Shown here piece after piece: positions 61,363-64,000 of a stretch of 64,000 nt of DNA. Position numbers and translations under genes: made by a program. The stretch lies in NCBI RefSeq assembly GCF_030144855.1, contig NC_082708.1, positions 123,566,001 through 123,630,000 of the forward strand. The letters are read 5' to 3'. Source of the stretch: Hypanus sabinus. Its lineage: Eukaryota. Every line of letters starts with the position of its first letter. The first letter of the stretch is position 1. The notes beneath the pieces are model-generated. The model did not search any database, was not told the DNA's origin, and was given only the letters and a program-made list of their open reading frames with translations.

Positions 61363-61774
61363 TCTTCTTCTTACTCTTCTTCTTTGTGTGCCCTTAACTC
61401 CTGGTGGAGTCGTCGGGGTGCTGTCATGACCAGCTTTGCACTGGTCTGTTCCATCTGTCACGGTTGTGTGCCAGGGCCTGGATCACCGTAAATGTTTTCC
61501 CTGTCCATTTTTTTATGGTGTCCGTCCATCTTTTCCTCTGTCTGCCTCTCCTTCTTTTCCCCTCCACAGTTCCTTGTAGAACGATCTTTGCAAGGCCACT
61601 GGATCTTGTTACATGACCGTACCATCTCAGCTTTCTTTCCTTCACCGTTGTGAGAAGGTCTTCACGGGGGCCAATGTGGTGCTGGATGGTCTTGTGGACC
61701 TGCTCGTTTGTGACGTGGTCCAAGTATGAGATGCCCAAGATGTTGTGATAGCATCTCATTTCCAATGCCTGTAG
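61363..61774 (-). mobile_element. RTE-clade LINE 3' end
   Basis: QALEMRCYHNILGISYLDHVTNE...RKLRWYGHVTRSSGLAKIVLQGTVEGKRRRGRQRKRW; (GAA)n-like tail at 61363. Confidence 0.9.
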
Positions 61775-62194
61775 TGAACATGCCAAATCAATAGGAAAAT
61801 TAATTAAGAAAGCAGAGGAATTATTTTGACATGTTCCTGTCAGAACTAAGGGCAAAAGTGAGACCCCTGGTTGACGAAGGATATCGATGGTCCAGTCAGG
61901 AAAAAGGACAGTTAAGAGGCCCAAAATGCCAGCTGTTTATTTCCCTCCATAGATGCTGCCCGACGTGCTGAGTTCCTTCAGTATTTTGTGTCTATTGCAT
62001 CTGGGGTCAAGCAAATCCCCAAAGGAGTATAGAGATATAGGAGTGTAATGTAATTGCCCTTTAAACCTACAAGGATGCAAGAATACACTGAATAGGGATA
62101 TAGGAAGGGCAAAGGGAGCCTTGGTACACAAGATAAAGGAAATTTATAACAGATTCTCTAACTATAACAAAACAGTAACCAAAGAGAGAGTAAG

Positions 62195-63790
62195 ATCCCC
62201 TTAAATGTCAGTTTTCATCTATGGTCGAGTCATGAGATATGGATAATGTCTTAAGTCAATACTTCTTGTCTGTATTTACCATGGAGAAGGTCGAGCAAGC
62301 TAGTGATTTCAGGGGAGAGAGCCAGAATGTCCTGAAACACATTGCTACTGTGAAAGAGAAGGTGTTGGCAGATTTAAAGGTGAATAAATTCCTGGGGCCC
62401 CACCAAGTGGACATTTTGGGAATATAGGAATTTGCTCGGGCCCTGGCAGAGATAAATATATTAGCATTGGGTTGCAGCTGTGGTACTGGAGACTGGGAGA
62501 TAGATAATGTGTTTTTTTCATTTAAAAAAAGGCTGTAAGGACAACCCAATGAACTACAGGAGAAAGGCCTAACATCAACGGTGGCAAAGTTACTGGAAGG
62601 AATTCTGACAGACAGAATCTAGCTGCATGGGTAAAAGAGAGGACTGGTTAGAAATAGGTAACATGGTTTGTGTGTGGGACAGTGTGTTTCAACTTGATTA
62701 AGTTTATTGAAGAAGAAACCAAGAGAATTGACAAAGGCAGGGCAGTAGAAGTTGTCTATATGGACTTTTGCAAGGCTTTCACAGAGGCCCAGTGTGGTAG
62801 ACTGCTCCGGCAGGATAGAACACATGGAATAGCCGACTGGATACAGAATTGGCTTGATGGTAGGACCCCAAAGATGGAAGTGGAGATTGTTTTTTATAGT
62901 TTAGAGACCAGTGACAGCGATGTGCCACAAAGATTGGCGCTGAGTTCCCTATTGTTGGTGGCAATATTAACAATTTGGAAGATAATGTAGTTGGAATAGT
63001 AAGCAAGTCTGTGGATGACACCAGGCATGGTGAACAGTGCAGAAAATTACCTAAAATCACAACAAAATCAAGATAAATTGGGGAAAGAGGCCATGGAATG
63101 GCAGGTGAAAGTGATGCATTTTGGGAAGTTTAACCAGAGCAGAACATACATTGAAATGTACAGGCCAGAGGACTGGGTGATGGAAGAGAATAGAGAGGCC
63201 GAGTCGGACAAATACATACTTCCCTCAAAGTGGTGGCATGGATAAATGAGGTTGTGAAGGAGGCATTTGACATGTTTGCCTTCATCAGTCAGGACTTCAG
63301 ACATCATGTTATGGCTGTAGAAAACTTGGAGACTGTGCAGTGTGCAAATCTGGTCTCGTAGCTATATGAAACATGTCACTACATTGAAGATTCACAGGGA
63401 TGTATCCGGGATTGGATCATGAGAAGGCTGGAGTTGTTTTCACTGGAGTGTAGGAGACTGAGGGTGAGCTTTACAAGATCACGAGGGGCAAAGATAAGAC
63501 GAATGCTCAGAGCTCTTTCCTCAGGGCAAAGGGAGTCTAAAAGTAGAAGGAAAAGATTTAGTGTGAAATGACAAAGATTTAAAGGAGGCCTGAGGATCAA
63601 CATTTTCCACACAGATGGCTGTGGGAACATTGAACAAGTTGCCAGCTGAAATGATAAAGGTGGGCACAATTACAACACTTGAAAGGAAGACAGGTACATT
63701 AATAGGAATGGGTTAGAGGGATACGGGCAACTGGGGCTAGCTCAGGTAGGCAACATGGTTGGCCTGGACAAACTGGGAGAAGAGGGCCTG
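62195..63790 (+). mobile_element. Highly degenerate CR1 ORF2 and 3' UTR
   Basis: YFLSVFTMEK, VVYMDFCKAF, WIQNWLDGR and KVMHFGK remnants; CR1-like 3' UTR. Confidence 0.8.
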
Positions 63791-64000
63791 CTTCCATTCA
63801 GTAGAACTTTACGACTCCGAGAACACACTGTGATTTTCAGAAGACAGTACTGTAAGTGCGATGGAAATTACATCTCTAATCAAATATTTTGTTACAGCTG
63901 CAAGAACTGCAACCAAGAACAAATCCTCCCTGGAGAGCCCGAGTGCAAGCCCCCACCCCCTCCTGCAGATACCTGTTACAGCCGTAGCAACACGTGCCTG

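Overview
Eukaryotic, repeat-dense vertebrate genomic DNA. The repeat complement suggests a cartilaginous fish, probably a batoid (inference): CR1 LINEs with esterase-type ORF1, Rex1/Babar LINEs, HE1-like tRNA SINEs, Penelope elements, Tc1 remnants and Gypsy LTR elements. Nearly all ORFs in the supplied track are transposon fragments or their antisense shadows. Between the repeats is a tandem cluster of three same-strand CXC chemokine loci that the ORF track misses because they are spliced. Gene 1 is join(1823..1886,3506..3638,4065..4173), 101 aa. Gene 2 is join(27808..27871,28927..29059,30806..30902), 97 aa. Both are intact, ELR-negative four-cysteine CXC chemokines, about 41% identical. Locus 3 is join(52106..52169,55940..56066,56969..57049,...). 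It keeps the signal peptide, the CxC motif, the splice phases and an open frame, but Cys3 and Cys4 are out of frame, so it is a pseudogene, an assembly artefact or an atypical chemokine. Other notable features: a head-to-head Penelope insertion with a 15-bp TSD and a minimal hammerhead-ribozyme motif; a 35-copy hairpin-forming 30-bp minisatellite inside a chromodomain Gypsy element; a solo LTR with a 5-bp TSD inside chemokine intron 2; and a G-rich 27-bp minisatellite with higher-order structure. Repeat boundaries without a stated TSD are approximate.
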